Assembly (NCBI GenBank): GCA_976551045.1
Contig: CDPCPM010000114.1
Coordinates: forward strand, 24,056,001 to 24,120,000
Length of the DNA stretch: 64,000 nucleotides
From: Glaucostegus cemiculus
Lineage: Eukaryota
Direction of reading: 5' to 3'
Positions 1-12,284 of this stretch are shown in pieces (the first letter of the stretch is position 1; the number at the start of each line of letters is the position of its first letter). The translations under genes were made by a program, and so were the position numbers. The notes beneath the pieces were generated by a model. It made no database searches and was not told where the DNA came from. It saw only the letters and a list, made by a program, of their open reading frames with translations.

Positions 1-129
1 GCTCCACTCCCTGGAATGCATTTGGCACTGACACATCTAATATTAATGCTCAGTTGTTACTGGAATAGGTTAAACACAATTTATGGAATGAAGTAATAGT
101 GATACAGAAGTGCTATAGAACTAAATTGT

Positions 130-830
130 TTGCTACACAGGAATGCCAATTTATCCCACGTCTGTTGTTTGAAGAATAGTTACCCAACTTAATCCCACCT
201 TCCAGTACTTGGCTAGTGGACCAGCAGGTTACAGTTCTTCAAGTACACATTCAAGTACTGTTTAATGTGAGGGAAGGTCTCCGCCTCAACTATCCAAATG
301 GATGATACTAGACTTCAAGAACTACTCTTTGAGTATATTTGCCTGAGGCACTTGCAGATGCATAAGCCTTATACCAATTACTTTCATTCTATTCCCCACT
401 GTTTCTTTTTATTCCTCAGCATAGGAAAATGGGTTCTTCCAGATTATTTAGGCTCTTTATATTTTTATACACCTCAATTGTCTTCCTTCAGCCTCCTCTA
501 CTTCATGGAAAACAGTCCTATCAGGAAAACCTCAAGGCTTTCTATTTCTTTCTGGAAAACAGACCCAATCAGTTCCCTTCCACCACCACACTCTTCTGCC
601 TAGCAGAACTTGTGCTTGTCCTCAATAGTTTCCAACCCCAATCTCTCCAATCTTTCAACATAGCTACAGTTTTCCAGTCCTTGCAACGTCCTTATGAACC
701 CCCTCTGCAGTGTCTCCAATGCACTCTTATCTCTCCGGGAACATGGTGATCAGTGCTCTGCAGTACCCAAGCAGTGGTCTATCTAGCCTTGTATACATTT
801 CAACATGACTTTCTAGTTGTTATATGTTCT
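130..830 (-). mobile_element. Old degraded CR1 LINE 3' portion
   Basis: Resembles other CR1 3' ends in the window (e.g. ggtgatcagtgctctgcagtacccaagcagtggtct vs ggtgactaaaactgtacacagtattccaggtgtggcct near 3490). Confidence 0.55.
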
Positions 831-1401
831 CTCTGTTGTCGGTTAGGATTGAAAATGATGGACAGAGCCTCCACAGTTTCCTCTCTTGCTGTTTTTAACG
901 ATCTGTGATATGTTTCATCTGTACCTGGTAGTTCATTCACATTCACAGGTGCTATCTCTCAATATCTCCTTTGATATTTACCCCATCCACTGCTTCACAC
1001 TCTTCCTCCTCAACTACAACACACCATCATCCACTATTGTGATGACAGCTCATTGTCCTTTTTTCCAACACACACTACCTTTTGGTGCCAAATATCCTTT
1101 GCTATGCCACTGAAGCAGTTGTAAATTTTATTTGTCATTATATTTAAGGCCCTTTCTTTGCTTTTCTCATTTTCCTTTTAAATTTACGCATACACTTTAT
1201 ATACTCTTTATTTCCTGCAGTTATTGAGCTTTGTCTGACAAGCTTCCTTTTTGGTGCCATTTATCTACCACGTATTCATCCTATTTCTAACCTCTGTTTA
1301 GCATAGGGTGTAATTCAGAGATTACTATCTTGTGAGACACTGCTTAATTTATTTCCCAACTCCCTAAAGTCTGTTGGCAGGACTGCTTCCCTTTTACTGT
1401 C

Positions 1402-1500
1402 TAGTCCAGATGAATGGTCTCAACCCGAAACATTAACTGTCCATTTCCCTCCATACATGCTGCGTGACCCACTAAGTTCCTCCAGCACTTTGTGCATTGC
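1402..1500 (+). mobile_element. Penelope-derived short repeat with decayed hammerhead-like core
   Basis: tagtc-CAGATGA-atggtctcaaccc-GAAAC-ATT-aactg followed by the family block tgctgcgtgacccactaagttcctccagca. Confidence 0.65.
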
Positions 1501-1539
1501 TTTCTTTTACTAATGGATTTCGGCCACAATTTCTAGCTA

Positions 1540-1900
1540 TTCACCCTTCCCTCTAGAATGTTCTACAGCTGCTTGGTGATATCATTGATCCTTGGTATCA
1601 GGAGGCAATGATGCCATTTGGGAATTACATCTGCAACTGCAGATCTTTCTGCTGTCCTATCTGTAGAATCCCCTTAACCGTTGGTCTCTTGACCCTTTTC
1701 CTTGCTCCTGAGACACTGGTGCTGCATTCCACAGGGGACTCTCCCCATCAATATTTAGAACCCTTGGGACTCTCCTGGACTGTCCATATGGCAGTCATCT
1801 AAAACCTCTGCCTGCACTTGGAACACAGAGTGACCACCTCCTGAAACATGCAATGCAAGAAAATCTCAACCTTGTTGATGCTCCTGCTGGAGTTCATCTA
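1540..1900 (-). mobile_element. CR1 ORF1 (SGNH esterase) relic
   Basis: Minus strand shows remnants resembling the GDS..RG.DRR.C and CLPGAR motifs typical of CR1 ORF1; heavily mutated. Confidence 0.4.
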
Positions 1901-2242
1901 GCTATTGATGCTCTGTTCACCTGGGGTTATCCAGGACATGGCAGCAATTTTGGAGTTCCCATGTGGCTCTGGATGATGGGCGTGCAGAGCCCCTTCATGC
2001 CTCTGTTTATTGTTAACATTAAGCAGAAGTGAAGCATCAGAACAGTGCCTCTTTCCCCACTTCACCAAAACCCCAAGTTTCATACTATGTAGAATGAGGA
2101 TTCATAGAGTAAAAGAGCACGAAACTGGCCATTTTGGCCAAACTCATCCATACTAACCAAGATGTCCATCTAAGCTAGTTCCATTGTCCATGTTTGTCCC
2201 ATATCCCTCTAAACCTTTCCTAACCATGTACTTATCCAAGCA

Positions 2243-3116
2243 TTGGTTTATTATTGTTACTTGTACCGAGTTACAGTGAAAAACTTGTCTTGCATACCGT
2301 TCGTACAGATTAATTCATCACACAGTGCATTGAGGTAGTACAGGTAAAAACAATAACAGAATACTGTGTAAAGTGTCACAGCTACAGGGGCGTGCTTTGC
2401 AGGTAGACAATAAGGTGCAAGGTCATAAGAAGGTAGATTGTGAACGTCAGGAGTCCATCTCATCATTATAAGGGAACCGTTTAATAGTCTTATCACAGTG
2501 CAATAGAAGCTGTCCTTGAGCCTGGTGGTATGTGCCCTCAGGCTGATGCCTGATGGGAGAAGAGAGAATGACCTGGATGACTGTGGTCATTGATTACATT
2601 GGCTGCTTCACCAAGGTATCTAGAGGTATAGACAGAGTCCATGGAGGGGAGGCTGGTTTCTGTGACGCACTGGGTTGTGCCCACAACTCTCTGCAGTTTC
2701 TTGCAGTCCTGGGCAGAGCAGTTGCCGTACCAAGCAATGATGCATCCAGATAGGATGCTTTCTGTGGTGCATTGATAAAAATTGGTGAGTGTCAAAGGGA
2801 GTCATGCCAAATTTTTTAGCCTCCTGAGGAAGTAGAGGTGCTGGTGAACATTCTTGGCCATGGTGTCTGTGGTTGGACCAGGAAGGCCTGTCTTGAACTT
2901 GAAGCTGTTGACCTCGGCACCATTGATATAAACAGGAGCATGTCCACCAGCTCCCTTCCTGAAGTCAATGACCAGCTCTTTTGTTTTGCTGACATTGAGG
3001 GAAAGGTTGTCTTCATGACACCATGTCACTAAGCTATCTCCTTCCTGTACTATGACTCATCGTTATTTGAGTTGTGGCCTGCCATGGTGGTATCATCTGC
3101 AAACTTGTAGATGGAT
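2243..3116 (-). mobile_element. Rex1/Babar LINE 3' fragment
   Basis: [31 protein letters not shown] and ESILSGCIIAWYGN motifs; aataataaaccaa tail. Confidence 0.9.
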
Positions 3117-3635
3117 TTTAAAATATCTTAAATGTTATTATTATACCTGCTCTACTACTTTCTCTGGCAGCTTGGTTCATTTACGCACCACAGTCTGCAT
3201 GAAGAAGTTGTCCCTCGGGTCCCTATTTCTTTCTCCTCTCACCTTAAACTTATGCCCTTGATTTTGGTTTCTTTTCACTGGGAAAAAGACAGTGTGCATT
3301 CACCCTATCTATTCGCCCCTCGATTTTATACACCTCTATAATGTCACCACTCAGGCTCCTATTTTTCAAGAAATAAAGTCCTAGCCTGCTCAACCTCTCC
3401 CTATAATTCAGGCTCTTGAGTCTTGGCAACATTCTTGTAAATTTTCTTTGCAGTCTTTATAGCTTAATGATGTCTTTCCTATAACAGGGTGACTAAAACT
3501 GTACACAGTATTCCAGGTGTGGCCTCACCAATGTCTTGTAGAACTGCAACATAATGTCCCTATTCCTAAACTCGATGTCATGACTGATGAAGGCTAGTGT
3601 ACCAAATGCCATCTTCAACCCCCTGTCTACCTGTG

Positions 3636-4683
3636 GTAAATTGGTTTATTATTGTCACATGTACTGAGGTACAGTTAAAAACTTTGTTTTACTTGCCATC
3701 CTTACAGATTATATCATTACAACGATTGAGGTAGTACAAGGGAAAACTATAATAGAATCCAGAATAAAGTGTTAGAGTTACAGAGAAAGTGCAGGCAGAC
3801 AACAAGGTGCAAGACCATAACAAGGTAGATTATGAGGTCAAGAGTCCATCTTATTGTACTGAAGACCATTCAATAGTTTTCTAACAATGGGATAGAGATA
3901 GAGGAAGTCCTTGAGCCTGGTGGAACGTGCTTTCAGGCTCTTGTATCTTCTGCCTGATGAGAGGGGGGAGAAGAGAGAATGTCCAGGGTGGGTGGGGTCT
4001 TTTATTATGTTGTCTGCTTTACCGAGGCAGCAATAAGTGTAGACAAGGGTCCATGCAGTGGATGCTGGTTTCTGTGATGTGCTGAGCTGTGTCCACAACT
4101 CTCTGCAGTCTTGGGGAGAGCAGTTGTCATGCCAGGCTATGATGCATCTGGAAAGGATGCTTTCCACGATGCATCGATTAAAAAAATTGGTGAGGGTCAA
4201 AGGGGACATGCCAAATTTCTTTAGCTTCCTGAGGAAGTAGAGGTGCAGCTGCACATTCTTGGCCATGGCATCTATGTGGTTGGACTAGGGCAGGCTATTG
4301 GTGATGTTAACTCCTGGAAACTTGAAACTCTCAACCCTCTCAACCTCAGCACTATTGATGTTAAATGGGAATGTGTGCACGCCCCACCCCCATCCCCCTT
4401 CCTGAAGTCAATGATCAGCTTTTTTTGTGTAGCTGACATTGCGGGAAAGGTTGTTTTCATGACACCATCCCACTAGGCTATCAATCTCCTTCCTGTACTC
4501 CAACTCATCATTATTTGAAATTCAGCCTACTTATGGTGGTTTCATCTGCAAACTTGTAGATGGATTTAGAGCAGAATCTGACCATGTTGTCATGAGTGTA
4601 TGGGTGTAAAGGGCTGAGTATGTAGCCTTGTGGGGCACCAGTGTTGAGGATAATCATGGCAGAGGTGTTGCTGCCTATACTTA
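3636..4683 (-). mobile_element. Rex1/Babar LINE 3' fragment
   Basis: IYKFAD RT motif near 4541-4562; LYFLRKLKKFG, ESILSRCIIAW and IIKDPTHPGHSLFSPLSSGRRY motifs; same tail. Confidence 0.9.
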
Positions 4684-5464
4684 TTGTGATGACACCACTT
4701 TTGAGGAACTATGTACTTGTACTTCTAGGTACCCCTGTTCCACAATGCTCCCCAGGGCTCTACCATTCACTGTATGAGTCCTACCCTGGTCCTTGGCCCA
4801 CTTACCCAGCTTATCAAGATCCTTCTGTAATTTTTGATAACTTTCTTCAGTGGAACTAGATTCCAAGTGACTTACTCCTCTGATACCGATTACTTTATAA
4901 ATAGCCTGGAATGTTTATTTCACCTGCACTGCACCAGAACTGCCAGTTTCTGAGCACAAGGTACCAAGTGTAAGCCAATCTTGTACTTTGTATTTTTCGT
5001 GTACAGATTCAATGGGACATGAAGAGTAAGTCCACACCAAATTGCAATTTGCATGACTGGAACTTCAAACAGGTCTTCCCTGGGTTACGACAGGGTTCTA
5101 TTTCTGTGAGCTATTCATAACCCAGACAGTTCACAAGTCAGAATTATTCCTGTAAACAGAGTCCCCACACAGCAGAAGATCCCCATGGCAGCTGGCAACC
5201 ATTCCACTAGTCTCCCAAATGCTTGTTTGTATGCACGGGCTGGACATAAGTTGGGCATTTGTAACCTGCGGAGGACCTGTAGTGTCCTACAGGGAGAAAG
5301 TTCTGGAGAAAATATCTGATCACAGCTTGTTAATTTTCTACATGATTGATCGTTCAGCCTCCACAGGTTGCAAGTATTTGTCCTTGCATCAATTAAATAG
5401 TGCTGCAGTTGCGTGCAATTTGTTTCCCCTATTTTAAATTTTCTCTCCATGTGCCTGACACCCT

Positions 5465-5489
5465 TGACTCACTGCTGCCCCCTGGAGGT
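5465..5489 (-). promoter_or_regulatory. CTCF-like motif adjacent to an AP-1 site
   Basis: Minus strand reads CCTCCAGGGGGCAGCA (~5473-5488), close to the CTCF core; TGACTCA at 5465-5471. Confidence 0.45.
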
Positions 5490-5517
5490 AGATGAACCTT
5501 CAACCAGGCTCTGCTGA

Positions 5518-5693
5518 TCATGCAAGAATAGTTTGCGTTGATAATCTCCTGTTCTGCCCTCCCTCCTCTGCCACTCTTTCTGATTGACCAGATAAGAGTG
5601 AGAACATAGTGTACAGACCTAAGCCTTAATTGCTTTAAAACGCATATTGATGCACCAGCAGGAAGTGCCACAAAACAGTCTTCTTAAAGTGAA
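5518..5693 (+). repeat. Source copy of a ~170-bp local duplication (partner 7280-7441)
   Basis: Collinear similarity catgcaagaatagtttgc...agtgtacagacct...catattgatgcaccagcaggaag...ttcttaaagtgaa in both copies. Confidence 0.9.
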
Positions 5694-6552
5694 ACTCTCA
5701 TCATTGCCTTAAAATAGCTGGTGTATAATCATAGGTGGCTATACACAGTGATGCCTTGAATTTATTTACTTTACACTTTCATTGTGATAGCACTTTTTGC
5801 TAGCTGGAAAGTTTGCTTTTGGAAATAAGGTTTGCTAGTTATACTAAGTCCAAGCAATATGTTGGAGATGAGTTAGAGAAACTGATTTTCTGCACATCGA
5901 CAACAAAATCTACATACGACCCCAGGTTAGTCATTAATAGCTAGTGCTTAAGACTTTATATGAAGGATAATTAAATTGATTGTTGCAGGTTTAATTGTAC
6001 TTTTGTCCATATTTTTGAACAATTAATTACACTGCAGTTATAGCACCTATTATTATATTTAAACTCCTTACAGTAAAACTATATTGAATAAATGAATTTA
6101 CAGCATTGCACTTCCAACTATGGTTTTTTTCTCCATTTCTGTGATTATTTTTGGGGGGTCATTGTGGAGGAAAGGATTTCTGAAGTTTTGAAGTTTTAAT
6201 GGCTGCTCAGTGGGAGGTGGGGACGGGAGATTGGGAGAGGAAGGAAGAGAAGTTTGTGGCAAGATGACAGAGCAAAATAAAACTGCTACTGAAATAAACC
6301 ATAAAAGCTGGAGCAGAACTATTAAATCTGATTTTGTGCTTCCAAGTTAGAGTAATAAATGGTTGGTTGCTCACTCTGTCGTTTTTGACTGATCGATCTG
6401 ATAGGCAGTTGTAATTTGTCCCTGTGAAAACTCGTAGGTGGATTGAAACAAACAAGGAACTGGCATATTATTACTGAACTCTTAGAATGTTTCAGATGAG
6501 CAAGCAGGGCTCATTGCAGGGCCCTTTCACATTTGATAGCTGGCAGTATTTA

Positions 6553-6756
6553 TTGGTATTGGTTTATTATTGTCACCTGTACCGAGGTACAGTGAAAAGC
6601 TTGTCTTAGATAGGATGCTTTCTATGGTACATTGGTTAAAGTTGGTGAGAGTCAAAGGGGACAAACCAAATTTCTTTAGCCTCCTGAGGAAGTGGAGGCA
6701 CTGGTGAGCTCTCTTGGCCGTGGCATTTATGTGATTTGACCAGGACAGGCTGTTGT
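6553..6756 (-). mobile_element. Internally deleted Rex1 fragment
   Basis: Rex1 3' tail joined directly (~6607) to the ESIL/LRRLKKFG coding region. Confidence 0.8.
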
Positions 6757-7124
6757 CTTCCTCTCAGCCAGAATTTTTGGATTTCAGTTGACCTGCAGAG
6801 AGTGTAAGTGGAGACAGGGTAGGACTTGAATTTCCTCACTCTGCTCCCTCGTTCCTCTGGCTGCCATTGTGTAAAATCAGTTTTGGGTTGACCTTTGGAG
6901 AGGAATATACATGGTGGGAACTGCAGGAGCAGACATGACATAAAATTGGAAGTGGACATCCTCCCTACTCTTCTCATGGAATCACTTTGTTTTTTGCTCA
7001 TATGACAAGATGCAAGTATTGCTAGAAAGACCTGCATTTATTGCAAATGTGTAAATGAGGTGATGGTGAGTTGCTGCCTCAAGCTGTTGCAGTGTTTGGT
7101 GAAGGTATCTGCTCACTCAGTGGT

Positions 7125-7585
7125 GTACCTCTTTTGTTTTAAATTCTCATTCTTGTTTTCAAGTGACTCTGTAACCAAACTACTCAGTATCCCTGTAATC
7201 TTTTAAGCTACAACACACTGAGCACCCAGTTTTCACTACTTCCTCATTGGCTGTTGTGTCTTCAGCTGCCTGAACCTGACCATGCAAGAATAGTTTGCAT
7301 TGATACCTGTTTTTCCCTCCCTCCCTCCTGATTGACTAGGTAAGAGTGAAGACACAGTGTACAGACCTGAGCCTCATTGTTTTAAAGCACATATTGATGC
7401 ACCAGCAGGAAGCGCCTCAAAAGCAGTGTTCTTAAAGTGAATTCTCCTTACTTTTTTTGTTTCAGTGAGATGCTTCTCAAAACCTAGTTGCTTAACCAAG
7501 CTTTTTGTCCTCGATCCTGCTATTACCTTGTGTGTGGACATTTTACTACATTAAAGGTGTTCTACAAATGCAGGTTGTTGTTGCA
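7125..7585 (+). mobile_element. L2-type LINE 3' end containing the inserted duplicate 7280-7441
   Basis: ttttaaattctcattcttgttttcaag...ttcagctgcctg...aaaacct...ccaagctttt...actacattaaaggtg..caaatgcaggttgttgttg tail; similar to 34950-35145. Confidence 0.65.
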
Positions 7586-10500
7586 CATGCCCTTGAGGAT
7601 AAATAAAACAAGACCATGAACCTGCATTTGAAAAATCTTGCTTTTCTATTAGCAGAAAGTGCTGCCTTCTGTTAATTTTGGGTACTGGACCAAAAATGTA
7701 CTGGAGCTGAGTTTTATTTTATAAATTGAACAAGTTTCCAAATAAATTTAATTCTCAGCAAAGCACCTTTAGTTACAGGAGTTATTATGACGGTTTGTAG
7801 ATCTCTGCTCACTGGGTTGTATAATCGCTCATCCTAAAGATTCTAATCTCTGGTGATGGTTTATGTAACAGTGTGTCAGGTGATCGAAATCCAGTGACGT
7901 CATTGCCTGACTCTTGTTTTTTTTCACACTTGCCAGTACTCAGCTGGGAGTGTGTGGAACAATCTTGCGTGTAAGAAGCAAATAAGCTTAGCAGTACACT
8001 GAAAACCTGCAGGCATTACTGCGTGTGTGTTCTAGATATTACAGCCTACTTGTGTTTCCTGATTGCACCGTGAAATGCATAGTGTTGTTCCTTAGAGAAT
8101 GCTGGATTGTATCTCAGAAATAGGTTCATTGGAGTTATTGGTGATTTTTTTCCTTGGATCATGCAACGTAAGACTTTATCAATGAAAAATACAGTTCTCC
8201 TTGCTCGAGGCCGAGACAGAATGGCCATCAAAGTACTATTTTGGGAGTTGGAGCAACATTTGAAGAGGTATTTCTGGAACAGTCTTATAGTCTTTAAAAC
8301 TCGTATGAAATTACAAAAATCTGTTTTTTTTAATTGGTAAATTTGTTTTAAAAAAACCTGCAGGCATTACTGCAAAAAAACAAATTTACAATTGTAGGGC
8401 AATTCCATTTTGATGAAGCAATACGGTTGCCAAGTTTGAATGTGGATTTCATATTGCACATGTTGATTTGGAGTAGTTTACTGCTTGAGTCAGTAATGTG
8501 CTTTTAATCTATTTTTGACATTACGTACTGAATCATATCCCTATTTCTGGGAGTGGATTACTCCCAGCTAGAGTAGGTTAATTCATATTGACAAGTTTGC
8601 ATTTGTTACATCTTTCGCTGTATTTCTGGGGAAACAAACAGAGGTTGCTCTTCTCTCGAGGCTGCTAGCAATGCCCTTTGTCGCTAATTGCGTGTCAATT
8701 GTGTTATAAGCAATTCAAGAAGAGCTTGGCTGCAATAAAATGGGGGAAAGCTGGAGTTTCTTTTTCAAACTGCTTCATGTTGTTGCAGTGCTTTTGAACA
8801 AAAAAACTTCAACATACTTGATGTTTGAGTTGCCCACAAAAGGGCATTTTAAATAACTAATTTCAGTGGCTTTGTATACAGCACATTTACATTCATTTAC
8901 ATGCACTTGCTATACTGCTAAACTAAATAGTTTTCATTACACATCCAGATTACATGGCCCTATGGTCTACATTGCATTCAGGTTGTGCAGTGTATAGTAT
9001 TTGTACAAAGTATCAGTTGTTTTGGTCAGAAGTCATTCCATACTGTGTACATGCAGTTAGATTTGGTGTGTTAACAGTGCAGCTTTTAAAAAGAAAGAAA
9101 TTTGGTAAATAAATATGATGAAAGTCATTGAAGACCATTTGTGCATTGATGTGAATATTATATTGACCATACCCTGTAGTGGCTAATTTGCACCCACTGT
9201 TTTGTTGAATACCTGAACATAAAGCCTTCACCCTCCTCTTGTTCAAGCCTATACATACATGTGCAGCTTAGTCTGTTTTCTCTGTTGTTTTTAAGGATCT
9301 TGGCTTGATAATGAACATTCCTTAAGGGCTTTGGAATTTATTATACAGTTCCTGCCTTTCGAGTCTATCCACCCTGTTTGTTATGCAATGCACCTGAATC
9401 TGCCCTAATGTTGACTGCTTTGTACATTAAATGTTCTTACAGAGTCCAAAGGTAAATGGTGACTGCAGCTACTGAAAGTGTGAAATGCTTGCTAAAGCAG
9501 GAATGAGTTTTTCCAAACTTTCTACTGTGTAAAAATTCTTTGTGTAAAAATTTCGACAATGGCCACTACCAAGTTCATTTACATTGCATGTTTCAAATAA
9601 CAAGTCTTAAGGCACTTTGAGAGGCAAGCAGTGGTTGTCTCACAGAAAATAGCAGAGAAATTAGACACTGTTTATTGAAATTTTTCCTCTCTGCAGACAG
9701 TGCACAATTTTATTTTTTCCTCCACTGTTGCCTCCCCCTGAGAAATACTTCATGGGCTGTGCCTTAACAAAGGTTTATGGCAGAGAGTTGCACAATGTAA
9801 TCACCCTTGATACAAATTAAAAATCTTCCTAACCCAGCCTTGTTTGGCCACTATATTCTCAAAAATTTCTGCAACAGCTTTTCGTCATGTTAGATACATA
9901 TGAAGTACCTATGATGAAGTACCTAATGCTGTATGCAACTATCGTGTACAAGTTCAACAAAGCCACATCATTTTATAATTTATGTCTCTTGACCCCAAAC
10001 CAAGGATTCTATTATGTTCTCATTTGCCCTTATCTGTTGTATATTAATTTGAAAACTAAGATGATTTTGAACTGGGATATTGACAATAGATTAGTGAAAG
10101 TAGGTTGAAATGTGCATGGCTCAAGGTATCGGTTGAAGTTTCACAGGCAAAGAAAGTTTTAGAAAAGTTGACCCTTAAGATGAAAGTATTGATAAGATGT
10201 GAAAAGTTGATCAAAGCATAGCAGAGTTAGATGGGCATGGTCCTGAAGGTAAAAATAAGCAGTTTATATCATAGATCATATATGGATTTTGAAGCACAAT
10301 TTAGCTTTTGCTTGGTGATACTCAACTAATACCTATTCAAAGCAAACTAACACTTTATAAATTTGAAATGTGTGAATATAACTGATTCTTCTGTATATGG
10401 AGGAAGATATGTTGTCAAAAAAACATGCTATTATTCCCCCCCCCCCCAACTTCCTCAAGTCATTTGAGCTGAAATCCAGCCCTATTGTAAAGTTCCAGAC

Positions 10501-12284
10501 ACCAAGCTCAGTTTTTAAGTGCTTCAAGATGACAGTTACATAAATTTAAAACTGGCTCCCTTTGCAAGGAACTGGTGTAGTCAAAATCAAAGCTGTGTAA
10601 TTAGTAGCTTTAAAAAAAAGAATAGAAGTTGCTTTTAACTGTGCAAGTTTTCCATGGCTGGTCTTTGTGCAAACTTTTTTGCCTTCAACTTGCTCGCTTT
10701 CTAAATGGATATGATGCTAGTTGCAGGTCTGGGTTCAGATAGTTATAGATGTGGGAGCAAAATAATGTACACCACATGGAAAGGGCAAGTTGTGATCAAG
10801 TGGCATCAAAAAAGAAAACACATGCTGCTTAAGTGAAGTCTGAAAGCAATGGGAATGTGACCCAGCCCCAGCTTGTGGAATGTGGTTTGGTGTCATGAAA
10901 GCAACTTTCCTGTCTTCAAATAGCAGCCAAGCAACTAATAACACAGTGATGCTTTAAAAGCCAGCTTATATATGATTGAAATTGAAGTTGGATGATTGTT
11001 GCTTGGGCAGCTAAATTTATTGGTGTAGATCATGTTGATAGGCAAATTATAATCCTGTCAATGTTCTGTTTTAATCTGTTGGATGCTCAGAGGCAATGCA
11101 ATGCTTTTGCACTTTCCACTTGCCCAAATCTAGTTCTTAAGAATTTTTTTCACTTTTGGGGTTAGCATTTTAATCATTTGTGAATGATTAAAAGCCTCTT
11201 TGCATTTTGGAATTGTTATATACTTTATGTAGGATTTATGGTCAATGCACATGAGTAAAGTGAAGATGATATGCCTAGAATCATGTATTCCTACTGAAAG
11301 CCATTTACCACTGGAGAGAGTTTGCCTTGCTGCCGGTGGTGCTTCACAACAGAGACATTTGGGGGGGGGGCGGGGGGTCCGTCCTAAAACCCTCCAGTTA
11401 TCATTTATGCTGGAAGGTGCAGCTTACATTGTTGAGGTGCCAAATGGTATTCAGTTATCAGTTAGATCATTAAAGTGGGTAATAACAGATTGATTTTGAG
11501 CAGGATTTAACTTCGACTATGACTGATGAAGTTTACTGGAATTTGTTTGGGACTAGCTATTGGTGATTGACCCCCTCACTACTATTTCTGTTAAAAAAAA
11601 ACACAAAAATAAGTTGCTTGCTTTCTGCTGAACAAAAGGCATATAAATGATTTTTATAGTGTCTAATGATCATTGGATCCAAATAAGACAGAAGAAATTT
11701 CTTCTGAAGACTTGGTATGTGTGCATGATAACAATGGAACAAAAATTAAAACAAATATTCATTATTTGTTTTTCCTTTGGTGTCAATGTATTAGACTATA
11801 CTACAGATTCACTGTTTCTCATGTCTTAAATGTGTCAGATGATTCTGGACAATGCAAGACGAACTTAAAATCAAACTTTCACAATGTAGTATGCTCAATT
11901 TATTTTGTGTTCCAAATCCATGTGAATGAAAACTGGCTAATCTCAATTTGCACACTGGTATCTTAGTTCAATCAAATCACAGTCACTAATGACCCCCCCC
12001 CCCCCCGCTCTCATTGTCCTCAGTCTCTCTACAACGTGTTGACATGATCGACTACATCACTTTCAGGCTGCTCCATTTCCATCTGAGCCAGACATTTTGG
12101 ATGGTGCTATTCTTGCCTGTTGAATCAGAACTGATGAATTTCCTGCAGTGGCTTCCCGCTATGCTCCAAGATGACTTTCTCTGAGGTCCCATTCAATCTA
12201 TTCTATTAGACCTTCCCTTATTTCCCATCAATGTGTTGCCCAACAGTAACATCATCCAAAACATGGCTGGTACTACATGTATAC

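Larger units (their letters stand above)
2103..4850 (-). mobile_element. CR1 LINE 3' half split by two nested Rex1 insertions (CR1 pieces ~2103-2241, 3117-3635, 4684-4850)
   Basis: Minus ORFs MLPRLKSLNYRERLSRLGLY...GDIIEVYKI and QKLQKDLDKLGKWA; CR1 3' tail near 2105; the pieces are collinear. Confidence 0.85.

Noticed and set aside
9525-9930. Short tandem duplications (tgtgtaaaaatt x2; atgaagtaccta x2; also gctgtacttttc x2 near 42395)
   Set aside because: Ordinary slippage duplications.
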